Shown: positions 54,176-64,000 of the stretch, piece by piece
Numbering within the stretch: position 1 is the first letter of the stretch
How the letters are laid out: every line of letters begins with the position of its first letter
Origin: Planctomycetaceae bacterium
GTDB taxonomy: Bacteria; Planctomycetota; Planctomycetia; Planctomycetales; Planctomycetaceae
DNA: 64,000 nucleotides
NCBI GenBank assembly: GCA_900299185.1
Contig: OMIV01000143.1
Coordinates: forward strand, 6,688 to 70,687
Direction of reading: 5' to 3'
Made by a program: the position numbers and the translations under genes
The notes under the pieces: model-generated
Told to the model about the DNA's origin: nothing
What the model saw: the letters and a program-made list of their open reading frames with translations, nothing else
Databases searched by the model: none

Positions 54176-54708
54176 TCCAAACTCCTCCAGCGCTCGAAAG
54201 ATGTCTTTTCAAAGTCGTCCGCGTCGCTTCGAGCAGATTGACGATGCGGCGAGTCGTATACGGCGTCTGAATTCTAACCGTGAGGCTAGATAACGCGTCG
54301 GGATTACAATCAGCCCGAATTGATGTGTCAACGAACGGTCGTCGCGACGATCACGCTCGTGACGCTTACCAACCCCAAATCGGTGCACGATATGAGCGGT
54401 AGCGGCTGACGCCAAACAGGCCCCCATCAATCGGTTGGAGGCCCGGCCTGCTAGACCCGAGCAGACCAACGCATCTCAATCGGCACGATCGGTTCAATTC
54501 TACTGATCAGAGCTTGCTGTCTCGTTGCTCGGGTCATCGCGAACTACCTCGCCGCGCAGCCAGTGCTATGCTTGCCCTGATCTCCCATTTTGCCTCTGCT
54601 TGTCAGTAGCTCAACTGAATGGCTCTCGCTGGATCATGCAGACGGATCGCCAGAGGGAGTACCGCATTCCGAACTCACCTTCCCACATTTCTCCTCAGTG
54701 GATCGATC

Positions 54709-55728
54709 ATGGCCGAACGCCTCAGTGGAATCTTCACCCCAAACCTCGTGCCATTAGACGCTCAAGGTGAGATCAACGAACCAGAGTTTCGACGCTACAT
54801 CGACTGGCTCATTGAGCGCGGAGTGCATGGCCTTTATCCCAACGGTTCGACCGGCGAGTTCACTCGTTTCACCGTTGAAGAGCGACGTCGCATCATTGAG
54901 ATCGTTTGTGATCAAACCCGAGGTCGCGTGCCGATTCTGGCCGGAGCGGCTGAAGCCAATGTCAAAGAGACCATCAGGGCGTGCGAGTACTACTACGAGC
55001 TCGGAGCACGGGCCGTCGCGATCGTCGCCCCGTTCTATTACAAGCTGAGTCCCAAGTCGGTTTACGCCTACTTCAAAGAGATTGGCGACAACACTCCGAT
55101 CGACGTGACCCTTTACAATATTCCGCTCTTCGCCAGTCCGATCGACGTGCCAACGGTTCAGAGATTGTCCGAGGAATGCCCAAAGATCGTCGCGATCAAG
55201 GATTCCTCGGGAGACATCCCGCACATGATTCGGATGATTCAGGCCGTGCGTCCGAACCGTCCTGAGTTCTCATTCCTCACCGGATGGGACGCCGCATTGA
55301 TGCCAATGTTATTGGTCGGTTGCGACGGCGGAACGAACGCCAGTTCGGGAGTTGTACCTGAAATTACACGTCGCCTGTATGACCTCACGTTGGCATTGAA
55401 GATCGAGGAAGCTCGCAAGGTGCAGTACGACCTGGTGACGTTGTTCGATTCAATGCTCTTCACCGCCGAGTTCCCAAATGGGTTCCGCGCTGCTGTCGAT
55501 CTGCGCGGCTTCAACATGGGGCAGGGGCGTCAACCTCAGTCAGACGAGCAGAAAACAGACCTCGCAAAACTCAGCCGTTCGATACAGTGCCTGCTGTCCG
55601 AGCACGGCTTTACGGACCAACCCGTTGGCGGTTGTCCGATCGCTCAAGCTGCTCCGGTCAACGATAAAGAGGTCGCGACGATCGTGCAGTCGGTGCTCGC
55701 CGAACTGAAGCAACGCGGAATTGTTTAG
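54709..55728 (+). CDS. dihydrodipicolinate synthase / N-acetylneuraminate lyase family (DapA-like) class I aldolase
   Basis: ATG at 54709 ([16 protein letters not shown]). Motifs [23 protein letters not shown] and the Schiff-base Lys context [10 protein letters not shown]. The specific substrate cannot be determined from sequence alone. Confidence 0.8.
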   Translation: MAERLSGIFTPNLVPLDAQGEINEPEFRRYIDWLIERGVHGLYPNGSTGEFTRFTVEERRRIIEIVCDQTRGRVPILAGAAEANVKETIRACEYYYELGARAVAIVAPFYYKLSPKSVYAYFKEIGDNTPIDVTLYNIPLFASPIDVPTVQRLSEECPKIVAIKDSSGDIPHMIRMIQAVRPNRPEFSFLTGWDAALMPMLLVGCDGGTNASSGVVPEITRRLYDLTLALKIEEARKVQYDLVTLFDSMLFTAEFPNGFRAAVDLRGFNMGQGRQPQSDEQKTDLAKLSRSIQCLLSEHGFTDQPVGGCPIAQAAPVNDKEVATIVQSVLAELKQRGIV

Positions 55729-55819
55729 AGCAACAATCCTGCCTGGCGACTCAGACGATGATGTCGCCAGGAGACGTTGCCAAACACGCTGACGCGACCA
55801 TCAACGATGGAGATGATTC

Positions 55820-56503
55820 ATGTCAGCGGTTAGTCCGAGTTCAGCGTTGGTCCTTTTCTCTGGCGGCCAAGACTCAACCACCTGCCTCTACTGGGCCAAG
55901 CAACGCTTCGAACGCGTTGAAGCAATCGGCTTCGACTACGGCCAAAAACATCGGGTCGAACTTGAGCAAGCACAGCGGATTGCTGATCTCGCGAAAGTGC
56001 GTTTCACGGTCTTCGATATTCGAGGCACGCTTTCTGGATCCGCTCTGACAGAGCACTACAAAGACGTCTCTGCTCAGCACGACAAGAACGCAGCACTTCC
56101 AGCGTCATTTGTCCCGGCTCGGAATGCATTGTTTCTGACACTCGCTGCAGGGCACGCCTACAACCTCGGCATCCAAGACCTGGTCGGCGGAATGTGTCAG
56201 ACGGATTACTCCGGCTATCCCGATTGTCGACGCGTCTTTGTCGACGCCATGCAAACGGCCATGTCGCTGGCGACGGCCGTCGATCTGAGATTCCACACGC
56301 CGTTGATGTACCTCACCAAAGCCGAAACATGGCGACTCGCCAAAGAGCTCGGAGCCTTTGAGGTTGTCCGCGACCTGACACACACCGACTACAACGGCGA
56401 CCACACGACCTACAACGAGTGGGGCTATGGCAAGCTCGATAACCCGGCTTCGGAGCTAAGAGCCAAGGGTTACTTCGAAGCGAAGGCCAACGGCTGGATC
56501 TAG
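55820..56503 (+). CDS. queC: 7-cyano-7-deazaguanine synthase
   Basis: 227 aa. PP-loop LFSGGQDSTTC. FDYGQKH. Zn-Cys cluster context CQTDYSGYPDCR. Confidence 0.92.
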   Translation: MSAVSPSSALVLFSGGQDSTTCLYWAKQRFERVEAIGFDYGQKHRVELEQAQRIADLAKVRFTVFDIRGTLSGSALTEHYKDVSAQHDKNAALPASFVPARNALFLTLAAGHAYNLGIQDLVGGMCQTDYSGYPDCRRVFVDAMQTAMSLATAVDLRFHTPLMYLTKAETWRLAKELGAFEVVRDLTHTDYNGDHTTYNEWGYGKLDNPASELRAKGYFEAKANGWI

Positions 56504-56504
56504 T

Positions 56505-56600
56505 GTATCTTCAAGGATTGAATTTCGAGCGATGCGAGTCGCCTACGTAGCTCAGTCGCTCCGCAACTGAGATTGGCGCCCGAAGTCTGAGCATTGCAGA
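56505..56600 (-). repeat. palindromic intergenic repeat family R2, copy 3 (inverted orientation, shorter variant)
   Basis: The reverse complement of 56512-56575 is atctcagttgcggagcgactgagctacgtaggcgactcgcatcgctcgaaattcaatcc. It matches 6908-6975 apart from loss of one hairpin arm. It lies between the convergent stops of queC (56503) and the DUF1549/1553 gene (56705). Confidence 0.75.
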
Positions 56601-56704
56601 CGCACTCGGTCGCTCAAAGAAACAACCCATTCCCTGCGTGCCGAATAATTCGGGATGCCGGAAATGGGTTGTTGATCTGATCGCTCGAACTTCAGCAGCG
56701 GCGA

Positions 56705-59161
56705 TTAGTGCTGGAATAAGAATTCCTTCGAGTTCAGGATCGCCCAGCCGATGTCTTCCAGCGCCAAGTTGCGATCCATGTTCGCTGCGAGGTGCTTCTT
56801 CGCGGCTTCGACTTCCGCAGCAACGGGGTTGCGGCTGAGAGCGGCGAGATACAGCGAGGTTATGATCTCGTCGTCGGTCTTGCCCGCCTTGATGGCGGCG
56901 TGAATGCGACCGTTGGCGTCTCGCAGTTTGTTGTGAACCGTCGGGCCGTTGATCATCTGCAGGGCCTGAGACAGGTTCGACTCCGAACTGCGTTCACATT
57001 GGCAAGCCATCTCGCGTTGTGGCTGACCGAAGACCTTCAAGAAGTAATTGTCGGTCGGCGGTGAGGGCAACTCGATTGCTCGCGTACCGGCAGGCATGCC
57101 ACCGTAAGACTCATTCACTCCGGTCACTTGGCAGATCGCGTCGAGCAGTTGCTCCGCAGCCAACAAGCGAGTGTTAGCGTGCGAGTGATAGATCTCGTCG
57201 GTCGTGTTGAACGAGTTCTTCTTCGAGCTGAGTTGATAGGTGCGGCTCAGCATGATCGTGCGGATCGCCCAACGTTGGCTGAACTTGTTCTGAGCGAATT
57301 GCTTCGACAGTTCATCGAGCAGTTCAGCGTTAGATGGAGGATTCGAATCGCGGAAGTCGTCAACTGGCTCGACGATGCCGCGTCCCATCAAGTGACCCCA
57401 AATGCGATTCACCGCCGACTTCGCGAAGAACGGATTCTCCGGCGAGACGAGCCACTTCGCGAACACCGCGCGGCGATCTTCTTCATTGGGCACATCAACA
57501 TCGCCCTTCAGGAGCAGATGCACTTTCATTTGCTTGCCCGTGCGAGGCTGAGTGCTCTCGCCCGACTTCGTCACGTAAATGACTTCGTCCGTCGGACCGT
57601 TCGGAGCAGCGGCTTCACCCTTCTGTCGACCGATGCGAGTAAAGGCGGCCGCGATGCCGTAGTAGTTATCTTGAGTCCAACGCTCGAACGGATGATTGTG
57701 GCACTTCGCGCATTGAATGCGGATGCCGAGGAAGAGCTGCGCCGTCGTTTCGGTCGCGTCCTGTGGGTCACGCGCCGCTCGCCAATAGTTGGCAGGCGGG
57801 TTTTCGTATGCACTGCCTGAAGACGTCAGCAGTTCGTATGCAAACTCATCCCAACCTCGATCATTACGCACGCCTTCGTAGATCCAACGTTGGAACTTGT
57901 GGGCTCCGGTCGGAGTGACCTTTGCATTGTTCGAACGCAGGATGTCAGCCCACTTCAAGGTCCAGAACTCGGCGTAGTCGTCGCTGTCGAGCAGTTGATC
58001 GACGAGTTTCGCGCGGCGATCAGGGCTCTTGTCGGCGAGGTACGCTTGCGATTCCTCGATCGACGGCAAGCGACCGGTCACGTCGAGATACGCACGACGC
58101 AAGAACTCTTCGTCCGAGCACAGATCAGACGGAGCAATCTTGAGCTGTTGCAACTTCTTGAAGATGAGGTTGTCGACGAAGTTTTGAGCCGGCGGATTGC
58201 TCCATTGGAAGCCGGGGACGTCTTCGAGGAACGTCATGTAAGAGGTCGCCATCTTGTCGAGATACCGCGCCAGCACAGCCGTCTCGCCGCGACCGATCTT
58301 CTCTACAAGGCCATTCGGAGTAACAGTCGCCACACTCTCGTTCGACGAACTAAAGACGGTCAGCGCGGTGAGATCTCTCACGGAACCGTCAGTGAAAGTG
58401 CCCTTCACGAAGAGCTGCTGCCGAGCACCGGGCTGCTTGATCGTGCGAGCGTTCGGACCAACTTCAATCTTTACGAGATCTGGTACGGTCGGTTGATCGA
58501 GCTGCAAACCCTCGCCAATCCAACCCTGCAACGCTTTGTAGCTCGCGTCGCCCTTGTTGATGCGCTTGCCGCCGCCGTGAGCGACGTCCATCAGCGCCTT
58601 CTTGAGAATCAAGCTCTCATCGGGCTTGAGCGTATTGGTACGGCGACCGAAGTACTCGGATCTCAGCGTCAGAATGTCGAGTGGCGGATCGAAGCCTCGC
58701 AACGACAACCGGAAGCCGCCCTTGCCCGATGGCGAGCCGTGACAAGCTCCCATGTTGCAACCGGACTTAGTGAGCGCTGCCAACGTCTCGTTCTTAAAGC
58801 TGACGGGAGCAGGCATCCCAAAGTTCTTCACACTGGCGTCGACTGTCGCACTCGCCCCGCCGAGCTTTGCTGTAATCGTCGCGGCACCATCAGCAGCCGG
58901 CTTGGCGAGCTGTCCGTCGATCGCAACGACGTTCGGAGCCGACGAAGAGAACGTCACACGATCGGTGACATCACGAACTTCGCCGTTAGCAAACTTGCCG
59001 CTGACAACCAGTTGTTGCTGAGCACGATTGCCAATGAGTTCGAACTTACCAACCTCAATACTGAGTTCAGTTGGAAGTTCCTGATCAGCCGCGAGACAAA
59101 GCCCGCTCAACGCCGTCAAACAAACGGCACTGCGAAGTAGCCAAGCACGAATTGAAATCAT
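56705..59161 (-). CDS. DUF1549/DUF1553 (PSD1/PSCyt-associated) protein with Big_2-like domains
   Basis: Start chosen at ATG 59161 (MISIRAWLLRSAVCLTALSGLCLAA). DUF1549 hallmark SGCNMGACHGSPSGKGGFRLSLRGFDP. Central CAKCHNHPFERWTQDNYYG. DUF1553-type C-terminus (MACQCERSSESNLSQALQMINGP). Confidence 0.88.
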   Translation of the reverse strand: MISIRAWLLRSAVCLTALSGLCLAADQELPTELSIEVGKFELIGNRAQQQLVVSGKFANGEVRDVTDRVTFSSSAPNVVAIDGQLAKPAADGAATITAKLGGASATVDASVKNFGMPAPVSFKNETLAALTKSGCNMGACHGSPSGKGGFRLSLRGFDPPLDILTLRSEYFGRRTNTLKPDESLILKKALMDVAHGGGKRINKGDASYKALQGWIGEGLQLDQPTVPDLVKIEVGPNARTIKQPGARQQLFVKGTFTDGSVRDLTALTVFSSSNESVATVTPNGLVEKIGRGETAVLARYLDKMATSYMTFLEDVPGFQWSNPPAQNFVDNLIFKKLQQLKIAPSDLCSDEEFLRRAYLDVTGRLPSIEESQAYLADKSPDRRAKLVDQLLDSDDYAEFWTLKWADILRSNNAKVTPTGAHKFQRWIYEGVRNDRGWDEFAYELLTSSGSAYENPPANYWRAARDPQDATETTAQLFLGIRIQCAKCHNHPFERWTQDNYYGIAAAFTRIGRQKGEAAAPNGPTDEVIYVTKSGESTQPRTGKQMKVHLLLKGDVDVPNEEDRRAVFAKWLVSPENPFFAKSAVNRIWGHLMGRGIVEPVDDFRDSNPPSNAELLDELSKQFAQNKFSQRWAIRTIMLSRTYQLSSKKNSFNTTDEIYHSHANTRLLAAEQLLDAICQVTGVNESYGGMPAGTRAIELPSPPTDNYFLKVFGQPQREMACQCERSSESNLSQALQMINGPTVHNKLRDANGRIHAAIKAGKTDDEIITSLYLAALSRNPVAAEVEAAKKHLAANMDRNLALEDIGWAILNSKEFLFQH

Positions 59162-59276
59162 GAGACGTCCTTCTTTTGGAGTGCGGTGACTCGTAACCGC
59201 ATTGAAAGGTCGCAAAGCAATTTTCTCTTGAGACTAAAACTGATGTGTCCTGCCGACGTACTGATTTGCCACTCGC

Positions 59277-59315
59277 CTTCATTGGTTTCCAATCTGAGAT
59301 GCGAAACCAATGAAG
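59277..59315. other. perfect 13-bp hairpin in an AT-rich spacer
   Basis: cttcattggtttc (59277-59289) pairs with gaaaccaatgaag (59303-59315), with a 13-nt loop. It lies in the 277-nt gap between the PPC-domain gene and the DUF1549/1553 gene. No clear U-tract directly follows on either strand. Confidence 0.5.
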
Positions 59316-59438
59316 CAGGAGTTGCAGCGGTATTCATTTTTCTGTCTCAAATCTTCCTGTCGTTTACATACTTTTCAGACAAGAAGAGCAGAGACGAGAA
59401 ATTAAGACATTAGCTCTGATTCGGTTTAATGAGCGTTC

Positions 59439-61766
59439 TTATTCCACGGTGAGAGCGACGTTGCCGGAAGTCCCAGCGAACTTCGCCATTCCTACTGTGA
59501 CTTCTGCTTTCACTTGGATGTTGTTGACTGCTCCCTTCGCAGCATCAGCAGCGACGGTCAGAGCGACTTCTGCTTCGTTCTTATCAGCGTGGATGGTCGC
59601 GGCGGCGGCGGTCACTCCCTTGGGCAAGTTGACGAAGGTCAGCACGGCGTCACCCTTCAACGCTGGGTTGCGAGCGATCGTCACTTTCACATTCACCGTT
59701 CCCCCAGCAGCAACTTTGTCAGCTGCTCCGGCGGCCGTAACGGTCAGCGGGGCGGCCAGTTTCAATGTCACTCCGGGCACCGTTTCGGCGACGGTGTTAT
59801 TGCCTTGCTTGATGGTGCCAATTAGCACCGCAGTGAAGTCTCCCAACGCGGCTTTGTCGGTCGCTTTGAAGACGATCTCAACTTCGTTGGTGCCCTTCGC
59901 GATCGGCTTGATGTCGGCAGTGATATTCGCGGGCAAGCCACCCTTGGCAGCTTCAGGAGTCGTGGCGAAGTTGATGACTTCATCAAAGCCCTGATCTCGA
60001 TCGACGATCAACTTGGCCGACGCCTGCAGATTCTGTCCGAAAGTGACTTCAGAAGGTTCGATGCGGAATCGCACGGCGGGCTTCTTGCCGACGGCGAGCG
60101 ACACATCGTTCGTCAAGTTTTGAGGAGCCCATTGCACGTTGGCGAAAGCCGCTCGCAAAGCACCGTTGGTATCCGCAGTGGCCGTCACATCTTTGTCGCC
60201 AATCTTTGCGGTGCCGACGATCGTCACTGGGATGGCTTTGCTTGTCGCAGCATCAGCAGCGCTGCGAATCGTCAGAACAACCGTATTGACTCCTGGCCCC
60301 ATCACCGTTGGAACACTTACGACACCTTCAGGCAAGCCAGTCGCCGTGATTTGAATTGGACCGGCGTAGTTCGCACGAGTCGCAGTAATGGTGACGTTCG
60401 CCGTTGAGAGGGCTCCGATGTTGATCGTGTTGGCCGAGGCCGCGAGAGAGAAGTCGGGCGCGGTGGGCGTCACTTCGATGCGATAACTATGAGCCGGTCC
60501 GCCGCGACGATGCAGCTCTTCAACGGCAACGTAGTAGTCGCCATCCTCGGGGAACGTCGCCGGGACGACGCAATCACTGCCGCCGAAGTCTTCTTTCGCG
60601 GCGATCTGCCCGCCGGTCTTATTGAGCACTCGCAACAACAGCGAAGTCGGCGCACCTGGTCGCTGCGTCATACCGGTGAAGGTGACGGCTTGTCCCTTTT
60701 TCGCGGCGAAGACAAAGAAGTCTTGATCGCCAGCTTTCTCGAAGCGTCCATTGATCGAGTGCCCCAACTCCACTCGCGTCGCTTTCGCGAGTTCATCATT
60801 GGGCTCAGCTTCAACGGCTTCCGGCTGATCGTTCACTCGCAGCAGAGCGAACCCGCTGCTCTTTCCATTCGGTCGCTTGCCAGAGATCGCAGCCCAACCC
60901 AGCGGTGTAGTAGCGGGGATCGTCACGTCTTGAGCAGGTACGTCCGCCGCCGACAAACCAGCAAACGCGATCTTCGCGGCTTGCCCTCGTTGCACTCCCA
61001 ACGGATACGGAGTCGACACGACCGGGAAATCCCCAAGTCGCAGTCGATAGTGATAGCCATCACCGCCGCGATATTGGATATCGCGAATCTCGACGATGTA
61101 CTCGCCCGCTTCTTTGAAGGTGTGGATCAACTGCGAATCGCTGCGCAGTCCGGGCACGTCGTCGCTATAGGCCAGTTCGCGTCCCTTAGCAGTGAGCACT
61201 CGAATCATCGGATCGAGGTTCGAACCCATGCGACGAGCAACAGCTTCAATGGAGACTTGCAGCCCAGCTTCGGCTTTGAACTTGAAGTACTGCATCTGCA
61301 GGTTGCCGACCGTGCCATCCACTGCGGCGGGCAGCGTGATTTCTTGAGCGGTCGCCGGACTGACGTTCGAACCCACCGAAGCCACCGACGGCAGATCGTC
61401 GACCAGCACCAGCCTCATTGCCGACGCGCCGCCCGGAGTGGCGACTCGCACTGCATGAATTCCTACAGGAGTCGTCGACGGCACGGTAACTCGATAAGTC
61501 ACCTCGCCCGCGTTCTTGCCGTTATCGGCCACGTCAGGAGCCAGCACGCTCTCCGCCACGAAGCTGGTCCAAAGCTGAGTCGCACCGGCGAGATTCCCGC
61601 CTCGCACTTTGATGTTGGTGGCCGTACCCGGAGCAACCGCTTGAGGAGTCGTGCCAGCTATTGTTGGCACTTGAGCGAGCACATCGGACGGAAGGCCAAA
61701 GACTCCCAGACCAAAACTTAGAGATCCCATTGCGCCCAGGCTGACGATTCTCGAACGAAGCAGCAT
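59439..61766 (-). CDS. secreted multi-domain protein with pre-peptidase C-terminal (PPC)-like domains
   Basis: Start chosen at ATG 61766 (MLLRSRIVSLGAMGSLSFGLGVFGLPSDVLA). Two PPC-like units: ATAQEITLPAAVDGTVGNLQMQYFKFKAEAGLQVSIE...YRLRL and EPNDELAKATRVELGHSINGRFEKAGDQDFFVFAAKKGQAVTF...YRIEV. An Ig-like Ala/Thr/Val-rich C-terminal half follows. Confidence 0.75.
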   Translation of the reverse strand: MLLRSRIVSLGAMGSLSFGLGVFGLPSDVLAQVPTIAGTTPQAVAPGTATNIKVRGGNLAGATQLWTSFVAESVLAPDVADNGKNAGEVTYRVTVPSTTPVGIHAVRVATPGGASAMRLVLVDDLPSVASVGSNVSPATAQEITLPAAVDGTVGNLQMQYFKFKAEAGLQVSIEAVARRMGSNLDPMIRVLTAKGRELAYSDDVPGLRSDSQLIHTFKEAGEYIVEIRDIQYRGGDGYHYRLRLGDFPVVSTPYPLGVQRGQAAKIAFAGLSAADVPAQDVTIPATTPLGWAAISGKRPNGKSSGFALLRVNDQPEAVEAEPNDELAKATRVELGHSINGRFEKAGDQDFFVFAAKKGQAVTFTGMTQRPGAPTSLLLRVLNKTGGQIAAKEDFGGSDCVVPATFPEDGDYYVAVEELHRRGGPAHSYRIEVTPTAPDFSLAASANTINIGALSTANVTITATRANYAGPIQITATGLPEGVVSVPTVMGPGVNTVVLTIRSAADAATSKAIPVTIVGTAKIGDKDVTATADTNGALRAAFANVQWAPQNLTNDVSLAVGKKPAVRFRIEPSEVTFGQNLQASAKLIVDRDQGFDEVINFATTPEAAKGGLPANITADIKPIAKGTNEVEIVFKATDKAALGDFTAVLIGTIKQGNNTVAETVPGVTLKLAAPLTVTAAGAADKVAAGGTVNVKVTIARNPALKGDAVLTFVNLPKGVTAAAATIHADKNEAEVALTVAADAAKGAVNNIQVKAEVTVGMAKFAGTSGNVALTVE

Positions 61767-62310
61767 GCTGGTCTCCAGAAGCAGTTGAATTCGCCGTGAC
61801 GCTGCACCGGCCGTTGAAAGAGTCGATCGGCTAATAGACATCACGAGCGAAGAAGAGGCGGGAAACGAAAGGCTGGTGCGGACACGGCGATTTGAGGATG
61901 GTCGCCAAGGGTGGGTGAGTGCCACCTATCGAGCGGCACTGATGGGCCAGACTATAGGCCCGCTGGAAAGCGAGCGTCAAAGCTGAAGAGGCAAACTTCA
62001 AGAACTCTGCAGTGACCGAACTTTCGTGACAGGCGAGGGAGTTGAAACAGCCATCAACGACCGCGCGCCGATTGTCGCACCGAGCGCGCGGATCGACTCA
62101 GAGCCTCGCCCCGTCAGTGGCTCATTGGCTCAGTTTGTCGCACGGCTCATCACACCAGAGCGACGCAGACAACAGCGATCCATTGCGGCACACGAAATGC
62201 CAACCGCTGATGGGACTGCGCCAATTCGTCTCGTTTGATGAAGCCCGCGCGTCCCAAGCCTGCCTTCGCACCCTCCTGCTTCCTTCCCGCCATCTTCAGT
62301 GAGCCGCCTC

Positions 62311-62871
62311 ATGAATCGTCGGTCCGCACTGGCTTTCATCGCGCGCGTCTGCGCGGCGTTGTGTTCGGTCGTTATTGCTATTCCCGGAGTGGCTTATGTC
62401 GTCGATGGGCTTCGACGACGAAGCAGCAGTCAATCCACCAAGCAGCGCGTCGCTCGGTTAATGGACCTGCCGCCCAACAAACCGGTGCAAGTCGCCGTTG
62501 TGGGTAATCGCAAAGATGCTTGGATGTCCTACCCCAACGAAACCGTAGGCCGCGTTTGGCTGATTCGCCGGAACGACGACAAGACTCCGGCGAACGAGAC
62601 CAAGGTCGATGCCTTCACGGCCACCTGCCCTCACTTGGGTTGCTCCATTCAGCTCGCTGCAAATCAGCAGTTTGTTTGCCCCTGCCACAAGGCCGTCTTC
62701 GGTTCGGACGGCCAACAAGTGCAAGCCGCTGGGCATAAGGCTCCGGCCCCGCGCGGAATGGATTCGTTGGAGTGCCAGCTTGTCGAAGACCCGCAATCCA
62801 AACAGTGGTGGGTCGAAGTGACGTTCCAACGCTTCCAACAAGGGTCAGCGACCAAGCACCCCGTGACCTAA
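62311..62871 (+). CDS. Rieske [2Fe-2S] subunit of a cytochrome bc/b6f-type complex
   Basis: ATG at 62311 gives MNRRSALAFIARVCAALCSVVIAIPG, a TAT-type leader (the track start at 62299 is GTG). Rieske boxes CPHLGC and CPCHKAVF. Confidence 0.9.
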   Translation: MNRRSALAFIARVCAALCSVVIAIPGVAYVVDGLRRRSSSQSTKQRVARLMDLPPNKPVQVAVVGNRKDAWMSYPNETVGRVWLIRRNDDKTPANETKVDAFTATCPHLGCSIQLAANQQFVCPCHKAVFGSDGQQVQAAGHKAPAPRGMDSLECQLVEDPQSKQWWVEVTFQRFQQGSATKHPVT

Positions 62872-62963
62872 GACGCGCTTTTGATCCACAAGAGACTCTC
62901 AAAACGACTTGATGAGTCCTGACATGACAGCGATGCACTTGGAGATACACCGTGTTGAAACCC

Positions 62964-64000
62964 ATGCGAGACTGGCTTGATCAACGAACCGGCTACCGCA
63001 GCTTGTTGGCTCCGTGGCGGCAACGCGTTCTGCCACATGGACCAAGCTGGGCGCTGTCCAGCGCCAGCGTGCTGTTGTGGCTGTTGGTGATTGAGGTCGT
63101 GACCGGCTTTCTGTTGATGGGCACCTACACGCCCTCCACAACCGGAGCTTGGGCCAGCGTTCTCTTCATTGAGCAAAGTTGGGCCGGCTCGTTCATCCGC
63201 GGAGTCCACTACTTCGCCGCGCATGCCATGATCGTGTTATTTGCCTTACACATCGTCCGAGTCCTCATCGCTGCGGCATTTCGTCCGCCGCGAGAACTCA
63301 TCTGGATCACCGGCCTGCTGCTGATGCCGCTGATTATCGGCTGGGCCATGACCGGCAACCCGCTGGCCGCGTCGCAAAAGGGCATGATTCAGATTGAAGT
63401 CGAAGGCAACATCATGGGAGCCACTCCTGTGATCGGCTCGCTGTTGCAGCGGTTGCTGATTGGCGGAGATGAAGTCGGACAAGTCACGCTCACTCACCTT
63501 TACTTCTTGCATGTTGCGGCGATTCCAGCGTTGGCTCTGCTGCTGCTGGTGCTCCACATCCAGCAAGTGCAACGACACGGGATTACGTCTGATCCAGATC
63601 TCGCCAACGCATCGACTCCATCCACCATGCTGCCGTATTGGCCCTATCAATCGGCTCGCAACATGATCGTGCTGACGATCGTGCTCGGAGCGATCTCGGC
63701 CTGCGCGATCATTCTCAAAGCTCCGCTCGAAGCACCGGCTGATCCCACCGTTCCTTACTCGCCACGTCCCGAGTGGTACTTCCGCTGCCTCTTCGAACTG
63801 CGGCATTACTTCACGGGCCAGTTCGAGTTCATCGCAACGCATGTCGTACCTGCCGTGGCGTTGTTGGTGCTGCTCGCGTTGCCCGTCATCGATCGCAAAC
63901 TGCCGCGATTGCCGAGCCTCCTCTTTAGATCCACCGTCGTTGTCGTTGGTCTGGCCAGTCTGCTTGGACTGACCGGCATCTCGCTGTGGCGCGACTATGA
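62964..64000 (+). CDS. cytochrome b (fused b6 plus subunit-IV-like), 3' end off window
   Basis: My own translation; the gene is absent from the track because it is truncated. MRDWLDQRTGYRSLL...GVHYFAAHAMIVLFALHIVRV (helix B, His-x13-His). THLYFLHVAAIPALALLLLVLHIQ (helix D, His-x14-His). Qo-site PEWYF (YSPRPEWYFRCLF). Alternative in-frame starts are GTG 62952 and TTG 62955. Confidence 0.88.
   Translation, partial: MRDWLDQRTGYRSLLAPWRQRVLPHGPSWALSSASVLLWLLVIEVVTGFLLMGTYTPSTTGAWASVLFIEQSWAGSFIRGVHYFAAHAMIVLFALHIVRVLIAAAFRPPRELIWITGLLLMPLIIGWAMTGNPLAASQKGMIQIEVEGNIMGATPVIGSLLQRLLIGGDEVGQVTLTHLYFLHVAAIPALALLLLVLHIQQVQRHGITSDPDLANASTPSTMLPYWPYQSARNMIVLTIVLGAISACAIILKAPLEAPADPTVPYSPRPEWYFRCLFELRHYFTGQFEFIATHVVPAVALLVLLALPVIDRKLPRLPSLLFRSTVVVVGLASLLGLTGISLWRDY

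Noticed and set aside
54176-54708. Lysine (L-box) riboswitch in the 530-nt region upstream of the DapA-family gene
   Set aside because: No recognisable L-box conserved core was seen by eye. The gene may not be a true dapA, and the region also serves as a divergent promoter for the CxxCH gene.
55742-55771. Hairpin upstream of queC as a preQ1 riboswitch
   Set aside because: It is a 9-bp stem (cctggcgac/gtcgccagg) with a 12-nt loop. It lacks the preQ1-I features I remember (a short P1 stem and an A-rich tail ending in CUA). It is more likely a weak terminator or stabiliser after the DapA-like gene. An Rfam scan would settle this.
57890-59140. Long antisense ORFs 57890..59140 (416 aa), 60489..61721 (410 aa), 3294..4334 (346 aa), 10814..11644 (276 aa) and 12773..13624 (283 aa)
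   Set aside because: Each lies fully inside a strongly supported gene on the other strand (DUF1549/1553, PPC protein, giant A, rpoD, dnaG). Each has an Arg/His-rich composition that does not look like protein.

Overview
Moderately GC-rich chromosomal window that reads as Planctomycetota, probably Pirellulales-like. This is inferred from the DUF1501, DUF1549/DUF1553 and PPC-domain gene families and from giant exported proteins with Arg-rich LExxExRxLL[SA] N-termini. There are about 30 credible protein genes. I saw no rRNA, tRNA, CRISPR array, transposase or integrase. Housekeeping genes: thyX, a dnaG-rpoD operon, gpsA, mgsA, gap, a HIT protein, dus, queC, a DapA-family enzyme, and Rieske plus cytochrome b at the right edge. 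Four reading frames longer than 1500 codons occupy 23325 nt (about 36%) of the window. Two are paralogous proteins built from a beta-helix, three lectin-like modules and a C-terminal metzincin motif (2100-6743 and 32574-39281). One is a 2139-aa TPR protein. One is a 1850-aa RTX protein with an embedded lysyl-oxidase-like copper amine oxidase domain and an orphan P-domain. The most notable observation is that each paralogous giant is one continuous frame broken by exactly one in-frame TAA. In both, the TAA sits shortly after the export leader and separates it from the rest of the protein. Other points: a shared non-classical N-terminal leader motif on three giants, three families of short palindromic intergenic repeats, and a fusion of a beta-lactamase-like domain, a PG-binding domain and an S11 carboxypeptidase domain. 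There are also an orphan FHA-CpaF ATPase and an orphan TadG-vWA gene. All family calls are motif recognition by eye; no searches were run. Hand-located hairpin and repeat coordinates may be off by a few nt.
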